Positions 27,470 through 38,628 of a DNA stretch of 64,000 nucleotides are shown piece after piece. A model generated the notes under the pieces. The model did not search any database. It worked only from the letters and a program-made list of their open reading frames with translations, and had not been told where the DNA came from. The stretch's first letter is position 1. Each line of letters starts with the position of its first letter. The stretch is from Clostridia bacterium (GTDB taxonomy: Bacteria > Bacillota > Clostridia > Oscillospirales > QAKW01): the NCBI GenBank assembly GCA_017440465.1, contig JAFSHF010000022.1:159-64158 (forward strand), read 5' to 3'. A program made the translations under genes and the position numbers.

Positions 27470-27913
27470 TTACTCTTTTTCAACCGATACGTTGATTTTA
27501 GCGGCAATGCCGGTATAAAGCTTAACGGTGACGGCATAGGTGCCGAAATTCTTGATGGTATCCACTACCAATTTTTTCTTATCCACCGCGATGCCGCTTT
27601 CCTTTTCGATCAGCGCGGCGATCTCCTTGCCGGTGATGGCACCGAAGAGCTTGCCGCTCTCGCCGCCCTTGGCTTTCAAAACAAAGGTCTTGCCTTCTAA
27701 TTTGGCTTGGTTTTCCTTAGCGGCGGCGGTATCGACATCGATCTTATGCTGCGCCGCGGCGGCTTTGCCCGCAAAATCATTCTGCACCTGAGCATTCAGT
27801 TCGGTGGCAAGCCCGCGGGCGATCAAAAAGTTTCTGGCATATCCGTCGGATACATTGACGGTATCCCCTTTCTTTCCTTGACCTTTGACATCTTGTAATA
27901 ATATTACTTTCAT
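27470..27913 (-). CDS. rplI: 50S ribosomal protein L9
   Basis: [16 protein letters not shown]...GYARNFL. Confidence 0.97.
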   Translation of the reverse strand: MKVILLQDVKGQGKKGDTVNVSDGYARNFLIARGLATELNAQVQNDFAGKAAAAQHKIDVDTAAAKENQAKLEGKTFVLKAKGGESGKLFGAITGKEIAALIEKESGIAVDKKKLVVDTIKNFGTYAVTVKLYTGIAAKINVSVEKE

Positions 27914-29907
27914 TTGCTTTCTCCTTCTTCCTCGTTTTCTTGGCAGATCAGCGCGACCAATTTGGCTTGGATCTCCTTGAGAGTTCCTTCCACCTGCGCT
28001 CCTGCCGCGGCGCGATGACCGCCGCCGCCCATCTGCTCTAATATGATCTGGACGTTATAGGTATTATCGCAACGGCCGGAGATATGGACCACGCCATCCT
28101 CTTCATAAAGGACAAACGCGCCGTTGATCTCCGCCACGTTCAAAAGTTCATCCGCCGCTTTGGCGGCAATGACCTTGATTCCTTCAAACAATTCGCCGTC
28201 CCACGCGGCGACCGCAATATGCTCACTCACCATCTCCGCTTTGGTGATCATCTCCATCTGCCTGCGGTAAGAGGCCATATCGTTTTTGAAATAACCGCGG
28301 ATCTCCTGCGGATCGGCACCCGCCTTGCGCAAGGCGGCCGCCGCCTCAAAGGTGCGGGAGCCGGTGCGCTCGGTAAAGTTCTTGGTATCTAAAATGATGC
28401 CCGCCAGCAACGCCCGCGCTTCGATCTTATTCAACTTACAGTTGCGGATATTTTCGGTCAGTTCTGTCACCATCTCGCTGGCGGAAGAAGCATTGGGCTC
28501 GTGGAAGGAGACCACCGTATCGGTGATCGCGCCCTCCACCGCTCTGCGGTGATGGTCGATGACAACGACCTTGCGGAAGAAATTCAAGATCCGCGCGCTT
28601 TCGATATAATCGGTATCGTGGGTATCCACCACAACCAACAGCGCATCCTCCGCCATCGCTTTGGTCATATGGGAAGCGTCCAAAAGAATCTCTTTATAAT
28701 CGGTCGCCATCAAAGCATCCAGCATATCCTGGCAGAGATTTTCCTCCGGATTATAAAGGATATGGGGCTTTTTGCCGAGGGCGGATACACATTTGGCAAC
28801 ACCCACCGAAGCCCCCAGGCAATCCAGATCGGCAAACTTATGGCCGATAATATAGACCTCCTCGACCCGCTCGATCTGCGCCCGCAACGCATCGGCGACC
28901 ACCCGCGCCTTGACGCGCTTGCGGCGGTTGCCGCTCTCGGAATTGCCGCCGAAAAATTCATAGCGTTCTTTATCGGCGTTGGTCAGCGCCGCCTGATCGC
29001 CGCCGCGGCTGAGTGCCAATTCCAAGGCACTGCGGGCGGCATCGTCGGTCTTAAGGATATCGCCGTCGCCGATGCCGATGCCGATAGATAAGGTGGCGTG
29101 GAGCACATCTTCGATGCGGATATCCTTGATATCATTCAAAATCTTAAATTTATTTTCTTTGAGTTTTTCTAAATAGCGGCGCTCGAAAAAGATGATATAT
29201 TTATCCTTTTCGGTCTTTTGGAGCAGGCCGTTGACCATCCTCGCCAACTGCCGCACCCGCACATCCACACGGTTGATGAAATTGGTCTTTTGCATCGCGG
29301 GGATGTTTTCGGGGATCTCGTCATAAGAATCCAGCAGAATATACGCCATACAAAGCGCATCCCCGCGGAACTTATGGATCTGCTCGTGCAGGGTATGATT
29401 ATCCATCCAATAGACAGCGTAGAAATGGCCCTTGCCCTCTTCCCCTTGGCTGAGGATATACACCGTGTAGCGTTTATCGGCAAAGGTGATGTCGTATTTC
29501 CCGCTTTGGTTCTTTTTGACCTGATCGAAGGAGATATTCTTATTGATCGCGTTGACCTTTCGGCCGAAGATCTCATCCATATTCCCATCGTGGAGCACCT
29601 GATGAAACAGCTCATTGTACCAAATGATCTCCCCCCGCTCATTCAGCAGGGTGATGGGCATAGGAAAGTTGGTCAAATTTTCCCGCGTCGCTTCATCCAG
29701 ATAAGAGGTGATGCCGCGGAGATAGCTATAGATATTGCGATTGCGCTTATTGATATTCAAAAGGCTGAAGGCAATATAGAATACGGTAAACGCCAGCTCC
29801 GCCAACCCCAACCAGAGGTGCACATATATCGTCACCAGCGAAAACGCCGCCAGCACACAGTATAAGACGATCTCGATCGGCGAAAGATGAATCCTGAACG
29901 ATTTCAT
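27910..29907 (-). CDS. gdpP: c-di-AMP phosphodiesterase GdpP (PAS, GGDEF-like, DHH/DHHA1)
   Basis: RGGDQA, IDHH, GGGGH; upstream of rplI-dnaB. Confidence 0.9.
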   Translation of the reverse strand: MKSFRIHLSPIEIVLYCVLAAFSLVTIYVHLWLGLAELAFTVFYIAFSLLNINKRNRNIYSYLRGITSYLDEATRENLTNFPMPITLLNERGEIIWYNELFHQVLHDGNMDEIFGRKVNAINKNISFDQVKKNQSGKYDITFADKRYTVYILSQGEEGKGHFYAVYWMDNHTLHEQIHKFRGDALCMAYILLDSYDEIPENIPAMQKTNFINRVDVRVRQLARMVNGLLQKTEKDKYIIFFERRYLEKLKENKFKILNDIKDIRIEDVLHATLSIGIGIGDGDILKTDDAARSALELALSRGGDQAALTNADKERYEFFGGNSESGNRRKRVKARVVADALRAQIERVEEVYIIGHKFADLDCLGASVGVAKCVSALGKKPHILYNPEENLCQDMLDALMATDYKEILLDASHMTKAMAEDALLVVVDTHDTDYIESARILNFFRKVVVIDHHRRAVEGAITDTVVSFHEPNASSASEMVTELTENIRNCKLNKIEARALLAGIILDTKNFTERTGSRTFEAAAALRKAGADPQEIRGYFKNDMASYRRQMEMITKAEMVSEHIAVAAWDGELFEGIKVIAAKAADELLNVAEINGAFVLYEEDGVVHISGRCDNTYNVQIILEQMGGGGHRAAAGAQVEGTLKEIQAKLVALICQENEEEGESK

Positions 29908-29927
29908 ACTTTGGTTCCTTTCTCAAA

Positions 29928-30926
29928 TTAAGGAGTCTTTTTTACAATTATAACACGGGGCATGGTGGCGATCACCAGCCCTGCCATCATCAGCAAGGAA
30001 TAGACGCTGACCAAGGAATTGCCCGCCGAGCAATAAGCCAGCGCAAACAATCCGCCGATGATCAGCCGCCGCAAAAACCGCCCGCAATTCTTGCGGCGCA
30101 AAAATTGCAAAAGGGCATACAATGCGGTAAATACATAGAAAAATCCGAATAAATGGAAGGTCGCCATAATGTTGGTATAACGAGGCTCGGCCAAAAACAT
30201 CGCAAAGAAATAGCCCAGCATAAAGATCCAACTGATCCCTCGGGAAGGGATCAGTGAATACCAACCGCCCAAAATACGCTTTTCCGCCATCCGATCCGCC
30301 GCCCACACGCTGAGAAAGAAGGTTCCGAACAGCGCATAGGCGATAAAGACGATGCAGAAAAAGCCGATGACTCGATCCATCCCCCGCATCATCTCCAGCA
30401 TCTTCGTAAGTTGCTCGGGGAAGCCTTCGGGATAAATCCGGCGATAGATCTGCTCCATCTGCTCCACCGCGGCCAGATACTTATCGGCGATCTGTGCCAC
30501 CGAAGCGTTCAGCGCCCAACTGCCGAAATGCAGCTTGCTGTAGAGCAGGGCACCCGAAAGCCAGATGCCGCCCGCCAAAGGCAGCGCCGCTATGGAGAGG
30601 GGGCGGATCTTTTCCCGACGGGACCAAACCAGCGAGACGGCCAGCGGTGTGCCGCAGGTCAGTGCCCAAAGGAGCAACGCCGTTCCACTCTCCTTGCAAC
30701 CAACCAAGCAGACGACCAAGCCGATCGCCATCGCCGCCCAGGCGGGAGCCGCACCCAGCAGGCGATAGCCCGCTGTATACAGAATTCCTGCGCCCGCCAT
30801 CGCGCCGAACAAGGTCAAAGTGAACAGACCGCTGAAACCGCCGCCCCGATAAAGCACGCTTGCATAGAAAAGGATCAAGGTGGCGATCCCTAAATATAGA
30901 AACCCTTTAAATTTCGTTTTCTTCAT
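29928..30926 (-). CDS. Membrane protein, YybS/DUF2232-like
   Basis: Multi-TM protein in the yybS position before gdpP. Confidence 0.65.
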   Translation of the reverse strand: MKKTKFKGFLYLGIATLILFYASVLYRGGGFSGLFTLTLFGAMAGAGILYTAGYRLLGAAPAWAAMAIGLVVCLVGCKESGTALLLWALTCGTPLAVSLVWSRREKIRPLSIAALPLAGGIWLSGALLYSKLHFGSWALNASVAQIADKYLAAVEQMEQIYRRIYPEGFPEQLTKMLEMMRGMDRVIGFFCIVFIAYALFGTFFLSVWAADRMAEKRILGGWYSLIPSRGISWIFMLGYFFAMFLAEPRYTNIMATFHLFGFFYVFTALYALLQFLRRKNCGRFLRRLIIGGLFALAYCSAGNSLVSVYSLLMMAGLVIATMPRVIIVKKTP

Positions 30927-31366
30927 TCTTGCTCTTTTGCCGCAATGGCATTCACGCGGCGCTCATGCCGACCGCCCGCTTCAAATTCAGCACCGAAATA
31001 GGCTTCCACAATTTTTAAGCCCAATTCGATCCCCAAAACGCGGGCACCCATACAAAGCACGTTACTGTTATTATGCACCACCGTCATCTGAGCGGAGAAG
31101 CAATCCCCGCAGACCGAGGCGCGGATGCCCTTGATCTTATTGGCGGCAATGCTCATTCCAATGCCGGTCCCGCAGACCAGAATGCCTTTATCGGCATCCC
31201 CTGCAGATACTGCCTCAGCCACCATAAAAGCGGCTTCGGGATAATCGCAACCGTCCACGGTGCCATCGTATAAAATTTCATTTTCGATGCCCATGGCATC
31301 CAGTTTTTTACAGATCACAGGCAACCATTCGGTGCCCGCCTTATCGCATCCCAATACTACTTTCAT
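30923..31366 (-). CDS. rpiB: Ribose-5-phosphate isomerase B
   Basis: DYPE, CGTGIGMSIAANKIKGIR, HNNSNVL, GGRHERR. Confidence 0.93.
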   Translation of the reverse strand: MKVVLGCDKAGTEWLPVICKKLDAMGIENEILYDGTVDGCDYPEAAFMVAEAVSAGDADKGILVCGTGIGMSIAANKIKGIRASVCGDCFSAQMTVVHNNSNVLCMGARVLGIELGLKIVEAYFGAEFEAGGRHERRVNAIAAKEQE

Positions 31367-32049
31367 TTTTGCTCTTGCTCCTTTTTTCTTTCTTGATATT
31401 CCCGCTCCGCCTGCGATAATCTGAAATAGGCGGGGACTAAATTCGCCGCAGGCTCGGCTTGCAAAAAGCCTGCCGCATGGGCGATACTGCTACCCAATAT
31501 ATGATTCTTTTCGCTCAAAATGACCTGCTCCCCGTCAGCAAGGTGGGAAAGCAGATACGCGCCGTCCCCCAACAGAACCGCGGGGGCATCCAACGCCTTG
31601 ATCAATTCTTCGGCCTCCTCCACCGCGCAGGCGCGGTCGGAGATCACCGCTTGAGGGACGCCATTTTCATCAAAGGCATAGCCACCCATATACACCTGCT
31701 TGCGGCGGGCATCCAAGAGCGCCACCGCGATCCGCCCGCTTGCCCGCTCATTACAAGCCAAAGCCATCAGCGTCGGCACCGCGTAGCAGGGGCGGCCCAG
31801 CGCCATCCCCTTGACCAAGGCACAGCCGATCCGCAATCCGGTAAAGGAACCGGGACCGTTGGTCACCGCAAAGGCCTCCACCTGCGCCAAGGTCGCGTCG
31901 GCTTTCTTCAGGGTCTCATCCACCAAAGGAAGCAACATCTGGCTATGGGTCAGCCCTTCGTTTGCAAACCCTTCCGCCAGCACCCGATCCCCTTCGGTCA
32001 GCGCGACAGCGGCGGTCTTGCCCGCACTATCGATACTTAATAATTTCAT
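31363..32049 (-). CDS. tsaB: tRNA t6A biosynthesis protein TsaB
   Basis: HSQMLLP, GPGSFTGLRIG, DARR. Confidence 0.93.
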   Translation of the reverse strand: MKLLSIDSAGKTAAVALTEGDRVLAEGFANEGLTHSQMLLPLVDETLKKADATLAQVEAFAVTNGPGSFTGLRIGCALVKGMALGRPCYAVPTLMALACNERASGRIAVALLDARRKQVYMGGYAFDENGVPQAVISDRACAVEEAEELIKALDAPAVLLGDGAYLLSHLADGEQVILSEKNHILGSSIAHAAGFLQAEPAANLVPAYFRLSQAEREYQERKKEQEQK

Positions 32050-32465
32050 TTTATCACCTTAATTCTACGCTCGCCTTCCTGCTCGCCGTACGTTAAATAC
32101 AAGCGGATGGCATCGGGCGGCAAAAGAGATTCAATATTTTCGCTCCATTCGATCAGCATCAGGCCGTGATCGAGATAGTCATAATATCCGGTGCTGAACA
32201 GGCTTTCTTCCCCATCCACCCGATACATATCGAAATGGTAGATCGGAAAGGGACCGCTATGATATTCGTGCACCATCGCAAAGGTGGGGCTGGTCACTTC
32301 ATCCTCCACCCCCAAGGCCTTGCAAAGCGCGCGGATAAAGGTGGTCTTCCCTGCGCCGAGGTCGCCGAAAAACGCCACCGTTTCGTTGCCCTTCAGCGAT
32401 GCCGCCAACTCCTGCGCCGCGCCTTCGGTGGCGGCAAGATCGCGGCATATATATGCTTTATTCAT
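32046..32465 (-). CDS. tsaE: tRNA t6A biosynthesis ATPase TsaE
   Basis: GDLGAGKT, VTSPTF, HFDMYR, IEW. Confidence 0.95.
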   Translation of the reverse strand: MNKAYICRDLAATEGAAQELAASLKGNETVAFFGDLGAGKTTFIRALCKALGVEDEVTSPTFAMVHEYHSGPFPIYHFDMYRVDGEESLFSTGYYDYLDHGLMLIEWSENIESLLPPDAIRLYLTYGEQEGERRIKVIK

Positions 32466-32607
32466 CGATACTACCCCAATTTAATATAATAGTTTATTTA
32501 TTATAACATAATATATATGCATTTTCAAGGAAATAACTTGAGTTTTTTGAAAGAATTGTTATAATAGAGAGTAAAGAAACCTTAATCTACGAAAGGAGCG
32601 ATGCAAA

Positions 32608-33735
32608 ATGGGCGAGCAGATCAAACTCTTCGCGCACCATATCTATAAGCGGATCGATTGGCTGTTGCTGATCCCTATTTTGATCAGTTGCGCCTTCGGG
32701 CTGCTGCTGATCTCTTCCGCCACCGCTTCTTTCGGAACAAGTAAACTCATCATCGTCCAGACCGGCGGAATTATCCTTGGGCTGATCGCGGCGCTGGTAC
32801 TGCTCACCATCGAGCACGAAAATTTAGCGCGGTTTTCCGTTCCCATCTACGGGCTGTGTATCCTTTTTCTGGTTGCCACGCTCATTTTCGGCAAGGAAGT
32901 GATGGGCAATAAAAACTGGATCGCTTTGGGGCCCATCAATATTCAGCCCTCCGAATTTGTTAAGATCGGGTTCATCCTGACCTTTGCCAAGCACCTTTCC
33001 TCGGTGCGGGAATATATCAATAATATGCGTGCGTTAATTCCCTTGGGGCTGCATTTTGCCATCATCGCCGGCTTGGTGGCGATGGAGGGGGATTTAGGGA
33101 CTACTTTGGTCTTTCTCTTTATCTTTTTGGTGATGCTGATGGCGGCGGGGCTGCATTGGGGCTTTTTCTTAGGCGGCGGCGCGCTGGTTGCCGCGGCGGC
33201 ACCCTTCATCTTTGAGCATTTAGACGGATATCAGCAGATGCGCATTTTGGCGGTATACGATCCTTCGCTGGATCCGCTGGGCTACGGATATCATACCATC
33301 CAAAGCAAGATCGCCTTGGGCAGCGGCGGGCTTTTCGGCTCGGGGCTTTATAACGGCATCCAGACCCAATACGGCATCCTGCCCGAAAAGCAGACCGACT
33401 TTATCTTCTCGGTCTGCGGCGAAGAATTGGGCTTTGTGGGTTGCCTTTTGATCATCGCTTTGGAGCTGGCGATCCTCTTCCGCCTATTATATGTGGCGCG
33501 GTATGCCGCCGATCATATGGGTTGCTTTATCTGCATCGGGCTGGCGGCAATGCTCTTTATACAGGCGGCGGAAAACATCGGAATGTGCTTGGGGCTTCTG
33601 CCGGTCATCGGGCTGACCCTCCCCTTCTTCAGCTACGGCGGTTCGTCGGTTTTGGCATTATGTATGTCCTCGGGGCTGGCCATGTCGGTCAACGCGGCGC
33701 GGCCGAAAGAATTTTTCTTTAAGGATAAAAAATAA
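32608..33735 (+). CDS. rodA: SEDS family peptidoglycan polymerase (RodA/FtsW)
   Basis: IQPSEFVK, PEKQTDFIF, GLTLPFFSYGGSS. Confidence 0.85.
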   Translation: MGEQIKLFAHHIYKRIDWLLLIPILISCAFGLLLISSATASFGTSKLIIVQTGGIILGLIAALVLLTIEHENLARFSVPIYGLCILFLVATLIFGKEVMGNKNWIALGPINIQPSEFVKIGFILTFAKHLSSVREYINNMRALIPLGLHFAIIAGLVAMEGDLGTTLVFLFIFLVMLMAAGLHWGFFLGGGALVAAAAPFIFEHLDGYQQMRILAVYDPSLDPLGYGYHTIQSKIALGSGGLFGSGLYNGIQTQYGILPEKQTDFIFSVCGEELGFVGCLLIIALELAILFRLLYVARYAADHMGCFICIGLAAMLFIQAAENIGMCLGLLPVIGLTLPFFSYGGSSVLALCMSSGLAMSVNAARPKEFFFKDKK

Positions 33736-33761
33736 AGGTCTTTAAACATCGCCTTAATTGC

Positions 33762-33802
33762 AAAAATGCAGTGAAAAACAATGTTTTTCACTGCATTTTT
33801 TT
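33762..33802. terminator. Bidirectional terminator
   Basis: AAAAATGCAGTGAAAAACA/TGTTTTTCACTGCATTTTT. Confidence 0.7.
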
Positions 33803-34460
33803 ATTGCTCAAAAAACTTATAGGTCGCTTCGGTGGGATAGGCGACAAACCGATTGATGGGGGTGCCCATCGAAGAAAACCGCTCTTCATATTCGGTCATC
33901 ACATTGGGGGTATCGGTGCTATGGAGATCATAGGTGAGCTCCTCCAGCCGAAAGCCCATCTCGGTAAATTCCTCCACCGAAAAATCAAAGAGAGGGCGGT
34001 TATCGGTCTTAAAGCAGATCTTGCCCTCTTCTTTCAGCAAAGGCAGAAATTTTTCCACCATCCGCCGATGGGTCAGCCGCCGCTTGGCATAGCGGGCCTT
34101 GGGCCAAGGATCGGAGAAATTCAGATAAATGACATCGGCACATTCGGCGGGGAAATATTCGGTCAACTCCCCTGCATCCAAGCAGAAAAATTTAATATTT
34201 TTCAGTTCCTTACGCTGGGCTTTTTCCATCGCCATAACAATGCAATCGATCACCCGCTCAATGGAGATAAACTGCTTTTCGGGTGCTTGCTCCGCCAAGG
34301 TGACGATAAACCGCCCCTTGCCCGAGCCGATCTCCATCTCCAAGGGCTTTTCACTATCAAATTCTTGATAAAACCGCTCCTTCAGCCCTTCTGTTTTCAA
34401 GGTATAATCCGCGCACCGCTCGAAGCGGATGGGGGTATTTTTCTTTCTTCTTAAACGCAT
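33801..34460 (-). CDS. trmB: tRNA (guanine-N7)-methyltransferase
   Basis: MRLRRKK, EIGSGKG, LNFSDPWPK, KTDN, TEYE. Confidence 0.95.
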   Translation of the reverse strand: MRLRRKKNTPIRFERCADYTLKTEGLKERFYQEFDSEKPLEMEIGSGKGRFIVTLAEQAPEKQFISIERVIDCIVMAMEKAQRKELKNIKFFCLDAGELTEYFPAECADVIYLNFSDPWPKARYAKRRLTHRRMVEKFLPLLKEEGKICFKTDNRPLFDFSVEEFTEMGFRLEELTYDLHSTDTPNVMTEYEERFSSMGTPINRFVAYPTEATYKFFEQ

Positions 34461-34518
34461 AAGTACTCCTATTTTTTTCGTTTCATTTATTCTACAATTT
34501 TTGCAAAGAAAATGCAAG

Positions 34519-35628
34519 TTAAACTTGCGATTGGTTGCGATAATACGCCAGCAACAGATCCACCATCTCGCCATAGCTTTTGATGCCCGATTCCTGCCCG
34601 TTGGATTGCAGATACTGATCGTAAACTTCCTGCGAGGTTTCCCCCACCACCGTATGGCGGTAGGGTTTCCAATAATCATCCTGCGCCTGCAGATCGCGGA
34701 GCATCCCCTCCCCGCAAAGCTTGGCGATCTTCTGCGCCAAGGCGGTATCTTCCCCATAAAGCGCGCTGAAGGCATATTCAAATGCCATCAGACTGCCGCT
34801 ATAGCGAAAATCGGCGCGGTCGACATCCTTGCACGCGAGATACCCCAAGAAATTGGCCTCTTCCTCCCGCATAAAGCCGCGAAAATGGGTCAGCTCGTGG
34901 CACATGGTAGCAGGAACCGAATGGGCGGGCGCATCGACATTGATGCCCGACTCAAAGGGGATATAGATGCCGGTGGTCAGCACCATCGAAAAAAGCTTAG
35001 AGGTCAACAGCGGTTTATTGCGGATATCCGCCGCTTGCAGAGCGGGGATCTCCGCTTCTAATTTTTGATAAGCCTCCCGCGCGGCATCGGCGGTCTGATA
35101 AAAATTTGCATCCTGCAAAAGGGCAACCCCCTTTGCATCCTCCTGCAGTTTTGCGCGGTAGAAATTGCAATCGTGGACCAGCAGTTCGCAAAGGTCATAA
35201 AGTTCTTCTTTTGTACTTTTTTGCACCCGCAGATCCAGATGATCGGTGATGGGCGCGCGGTAATAATTCAGCCCCATAAACAACACAAAGCCGAAATAGA
35301 GAACGCTTGCCCCGCCGCAAAGATTCAAAAGCAGCCGCAACAGCACCCCTTTCCATCGGGCGCGGCAGCGGATCATTTTATAAATCGACCACCCGATATA
35401 AAAGAGCAACCCTGCCCCCGCCAAAAGGATCAAGATCTCCAGCACCGAAAAGGGCACCAGCGAGAGCAGCCAGCCCAAACTATTGGCAAACAGCGGATAG
35501 ATATATTTGGAATGGATCGCCTCCACCCAGCCGTTATCTACCCTTGCCATCAAGGTCAGCAATAGCCCCAGCGGTGCCAAAAGCAGTAGCCATATTCTTT
35601 TATAACGAAAGATTTTTTGCAACATCAT
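34519..35628 (-). CDS. DUF3810-like membrane protein with HExxH motif
   Basis: Three TMs, GLNYYR, CHELTH, EEEANF, FRYSG. Confidence 0.8.
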   Translation of the reverse strand: MMLQKIFRYKRIWLLLLAPLGLLLTLMARVDNGWVEAIHSKYIYPLFANSLGWLLSLVPFSVLEILILLAGAGLLFYIGWSIYKMIRCRARWKGVLLRLLLNLCGGASVLYFGFVLFMGLNYYRAPITDHLDLRVQKSTKEELYDLCELLVHDCNFYRAKLQEDAKGVALLQDANFYQTADAAREAYQKLEAEIPALQAADIRNKPLLTSKLFSMVLTTGIYIPFESGINVDAPAHSVPATMCHELTHFRGFMREEEANFLGYLACKDVDRADFRYSGSLMAFEYAFSALYGEDTALAQKIAKLCGEGMLRDLQAQDDYWKPYRHTVVGETSQEVYDQYLQSNGQESGIKSYGEMVDLLLAYYRNQSQV

Positions 35629-35712
35629 TTCCGCCTTAATACCTTTTTAAACTATTATACCGAAGAACCAAAGGATTTGCAAGGAATAGAATAAATAAAC
35701 GAGGTGTTTACC

Positions 35713-36297
35713 ATGCAGATTTTGACCACAGAAGGTTCTTTTCATTTCCCTGCCGATTTCCCCCGCTGGCTGATGCTCTTTTATTACAGCGGGGATTTTC
35801 TCCCTGTCTCCGCCACCGAACTAATGGCGCTGGCGCAACTGAAGCACACATTCAAAAAAAAGCAATGCGATCTGCTCTGCATCAGCGCAGACCGCATTGC
35901 TTCCCATCTTGCTTTTATTAAGACTTTAAACCGCTATCGGCTGGCGGAATACCCCGCCCCCGTCACCTTTCCTCTGGGGGAAGACCCCGAAGGAGCGTTG
36001 CGGCGGACTTGGAATTTATCGCCAAACCAAAAATACCTTTGGATCTTTGCCCCCGGCGGGGTACCCAAAGCGCAGTTTACCTACCCTGCCGAGGTGGGTG
36101 CCAACTTCACCGAAGCATTGCGCACCCTCTCGGCATTGCAGTTGGGCAGACCCACCCCCTGCGGCTGGGTGCCCGAAGCCTATCCTTTGGCTCTGCCGCC
36201 CCAAACCCGCGCCGAAAGCGATTGCTTTATGGCCGAGACCGAAAGAGAGGGCGGCATCGCCATCGATTGGTATATCAGCCTAACGCCACCATACTGA
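35713..36297 (+). CDS. Peroxiredoxin-like protein lacking the peroxidatic Cys
   Basis: GDFLPVSATEL (canonical DFTPVCTTE), ISAD, FPL, YPAEVG, TPCGW. Confidence 0.6.
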   Translation: MQILTTEGSFHFPADFPRWLMLFYYSGDFLPVSATELMALAQLKHTFKKKQCDLLCISADRIASHLAFIKTLNRYRLAEYPAPVTFPLGEDPEGALRRTWNLSPNQKYLWIFAPGGVPKAQFTYPAEVGANFTEALRTLSALQLGRPTPCGWVPEAYPLALPPQTRAESDCFMAETEREGGIAIDWYISLTPPY

Positions 36298-36700
36298 AAA
36301 CGAGCGCAAACAAGGCAACCGTCTCGCAAAGGCCGACAACGGTGATATACTGCGAAAAGCCCTTGCCGGTTTCCGCCAAAGCGTCGGCACCTGCGGCGCC
36401 TGCCTTGCCTTGGAAAAAGGCAGAGAATGCCATCGCCAAGCCGGATGCAATACCGAGAACAAAGAGGAATCCGGGATCCGCCGCGGCGGTCTTCATTTGC
36501 TGCATCAAAAGAAATCCGTAGATGGTCTGTGTCAGCGGTGCGCCGGCAAAAACGGTGAGAATAAACGGCGCCGCCTTATTGCTCACATAACATTTTTTCC
36601 AAGATCCGATGGCGGCCTGACCCGCAATTCCGATACCGAATGCCGAGCCGATCGCGGCAATACCCATGGCTAATGCTGCTCCCAATAATCCAAAATTCAT
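36275..36700 (-). CDS. V/A-type ATPase subunit K (proteolipid)
   Basis: PLTQTIYG, QGK, CETVALF; Na+-ligand pattern like NtpK. Confidence 0.9.
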   Translation of the reverse strand: MNFGLLGAALAMGIAAIGSAFGIGIAGQAAIGSWKKCYVSNKAAPFILTVFAGAPLTQTIYGFLLMQQMKTAAADPGFLFVLGIASGLAMAFSAFFQGKAGAAGADALAETGKGFSQYITVVGLCETVALFALVFSMVALG

Positions 36701-36714
36701 AATCCTTCTCCTTT

Positions 36715-38628
36715 TTAATCAATTTCTTCTTTAAATGGTTTAAATTTATGACCGCTCCACGACATATCTAAATGCGAGGAGAATTCCAAGGTGTTTAATC
36801 GGATGCCGTGCATGATGATCGAAAGAACGTTTAAGATCATATTCAGTCCGTGCCCGAACACCAGCAGAACGATTGCAAGGATCGCAAACATAAAGTTTCC
36901 GAAAAACGGACCTGCCAGCTCATTGACGGTGGCAGAGATCGCGGCGCCTGCAAGGCCGACCGCCCAAAGCCGTATATAGGAAACGATATCCGAAAACACA
37001 TTGACCACCCCAAGCAGGACCGATACAATGTCGGCAAGACTTGTGAGGATGGATTTTATGAGGTTTCCTTCATAGTTCGAGAATACGAACCCCAAAACAA
37101 AGCCTACGCCTATCAATGCAATTGCCACCGTTCCTACGGGAATACCGCCGATCACAATCCCGAAACTGAACACCTCGGTATTTACAACAAGGCTCAGCAC
37201 TAAATAGTAGATTCCTAAAAGTTGCAATATCGAACCGATATCGCCAAGCATCTTAATGGAGCCCTTATTGCGCAGGGCGCCTTTTATATGCGCCACAGTC
37301 AACTGTATCAACGCCAATGAGAAACAAAAGATCTGCAAATTCTGGGCTGTGGTCAGCCCTGCGGTGCCGTCGGTCCAGAAGGGATACCAGATCTTATCGG
37401 CATACACGTTGGAGATGACCGGAACGGACAACTTCTGTATCCATACAGGCAGTTGCTCCGCCGAAAGCCCAAACCAGGTGCAGGTAAGGGTACCCCACAG
37501 CACCGTCGAAAGCCCAAACAGCCCCACAAGCAAAAACATCGGCGAGATCTGCTTTTTGGTGATCAGCGATCTTACGATGGGGATCGCCGCAACGGCGCAG
37601 ATAAACAATCCGTATCCGCCGTCGCCGAAAATAATTCCGAAGAAGATGAGGATGAACGCCAAAAACCAAGCCGAAATGTCGTATTCAAAATATCCGGGGA
37701 CGGTACCCAAAAAGTCCGTCAACGGATAAATGAGGCTGACAAACTTATTGTTTTTCAGCTTGGTGGGAACGGGATCCTCTTCTGTCGGGTCTTCCGCGAG
37801 AAGCCCCCAGGCGTTCCTTTCCGCCGTTTGCTTGAGTCGATCCAGATTTTCCGCCTCGATATATCCGGTGAAATAGGAAACGGACACCGCCTCCTTGCCC
37901 TCCGAGGATAGATTTTCCTCCGCCATCCCTGTGGCGTAGGTTTCAAATTCCATCTCCTTTTCGATGGCTTGGACCGCCCGCTTTATACTCTCGGCAAAGC
38001 AAGCATCGGAGGCGATCGTCTCATCGATCGCATCGATGCGCCCATTCAGTTCCGAAAGCCTCTGCTTCATCTCAACTGTGGAGGTCTGCGGCAATGCCAA
38101 ACGGTACATATTCAGCGATGCATCTGTTTCATCCGCCGCCGCTTTCAGCAACATAAATCGAACCGTCGATTTTGTCGCATCGATCCGAACGGTCTTAAGG
38201 TCTTCGGGGAGCGAGGCATATTCGGCCTTCGGCATCTCATAAAAGGAGATCTCATACCCTTTTGCTTCCAGATCGCTGATGCTGCTCGGATCGATCTCTC
38301 CCCAGCTTTTTAAACGCTCAAGTTCTGTTTGGAGCATGATCCGCTCTGCCAGACATTGCGTTTTTTCTTCTTCAAGCGCGGCAATGCGGGCCGCAATCGC
38401 CAGCACCTTAGCAAGGTCTGCGTTCTTTTGCTCGGTATTTTTATTTTTGCCGACGGTATAGAGCGCGCTCTCAAGCAAAGCCCTTTGCTCCCGCAGTTCT
38501 TCCAACCGCTGCCCCGCGCCTTCCGCAATCTCAATATGGATGATCCCTAATTTGCGGAGGGTTTTCAGCGTTTGTTGTTTTTGTTCCCCCCGTATGATGA
38601 GGGATACTTTTTTCATCGGCACGATCAT
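36715..38628 (-). CDS. V/A-type ATPase subunit I
   Basis: FGDGGYG, SDIVSYIRLWAVGLA, HGIRLNTLEF. Confidence 0.92.
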   Translation of the reverse strand: MIVPMKKVSLIIRGEQKQQTLKTLRKLGIIHIEIAEGAGQRLEELREQRALLESALYTVGKNKNTEQKNADLAKVLAIAARIAALEEEKTQCLAERIMLQTELERLKSWGEIDPSSISDLEAKGYEISFYEMPKAEYASLPEDLKTVRIDATKSTVRFMLLKAAADETDASLNMYRLALPQTSTVEMKQRLSELNGRIDAIDETIASDACFAESIKRAVQAIEKEMEFETYATGMAEENLSSEGKEAVSVSYFTGYIEAENLDRLKQTAERNAWGLLAEDPTEEDPVPTKLKNNKFVSLIYPLTDFLGTVPGYFEYDISAWFLAFILIFFGIIFGDGGYGLFICAVAAIPIVRSLITKKQISPMFLLVGLFGLSTVLWGTLTCTWFGLSAEQLPVWIQKLSVPVISNVYADKIWYPFWTDGTAGLTTAQNLQIFCFSLALIQLTVAHIKGALRNKGSIKMLGDIGSILQLLGIYYLVLSLVVNTEVFSFGIVIGGIPVGTVAIALIGVGFVLGFVFSNYEGNLIKSILTSLADIVSVLLGVVNVFSDIVSYIRLWAVGLAGAAISATVNELAGPFFGNFMFAILAIVLLVFGHGLNMILNVLSIIMHGIRLNTLEFSSHLDMSWSGHKFKPFKEEID

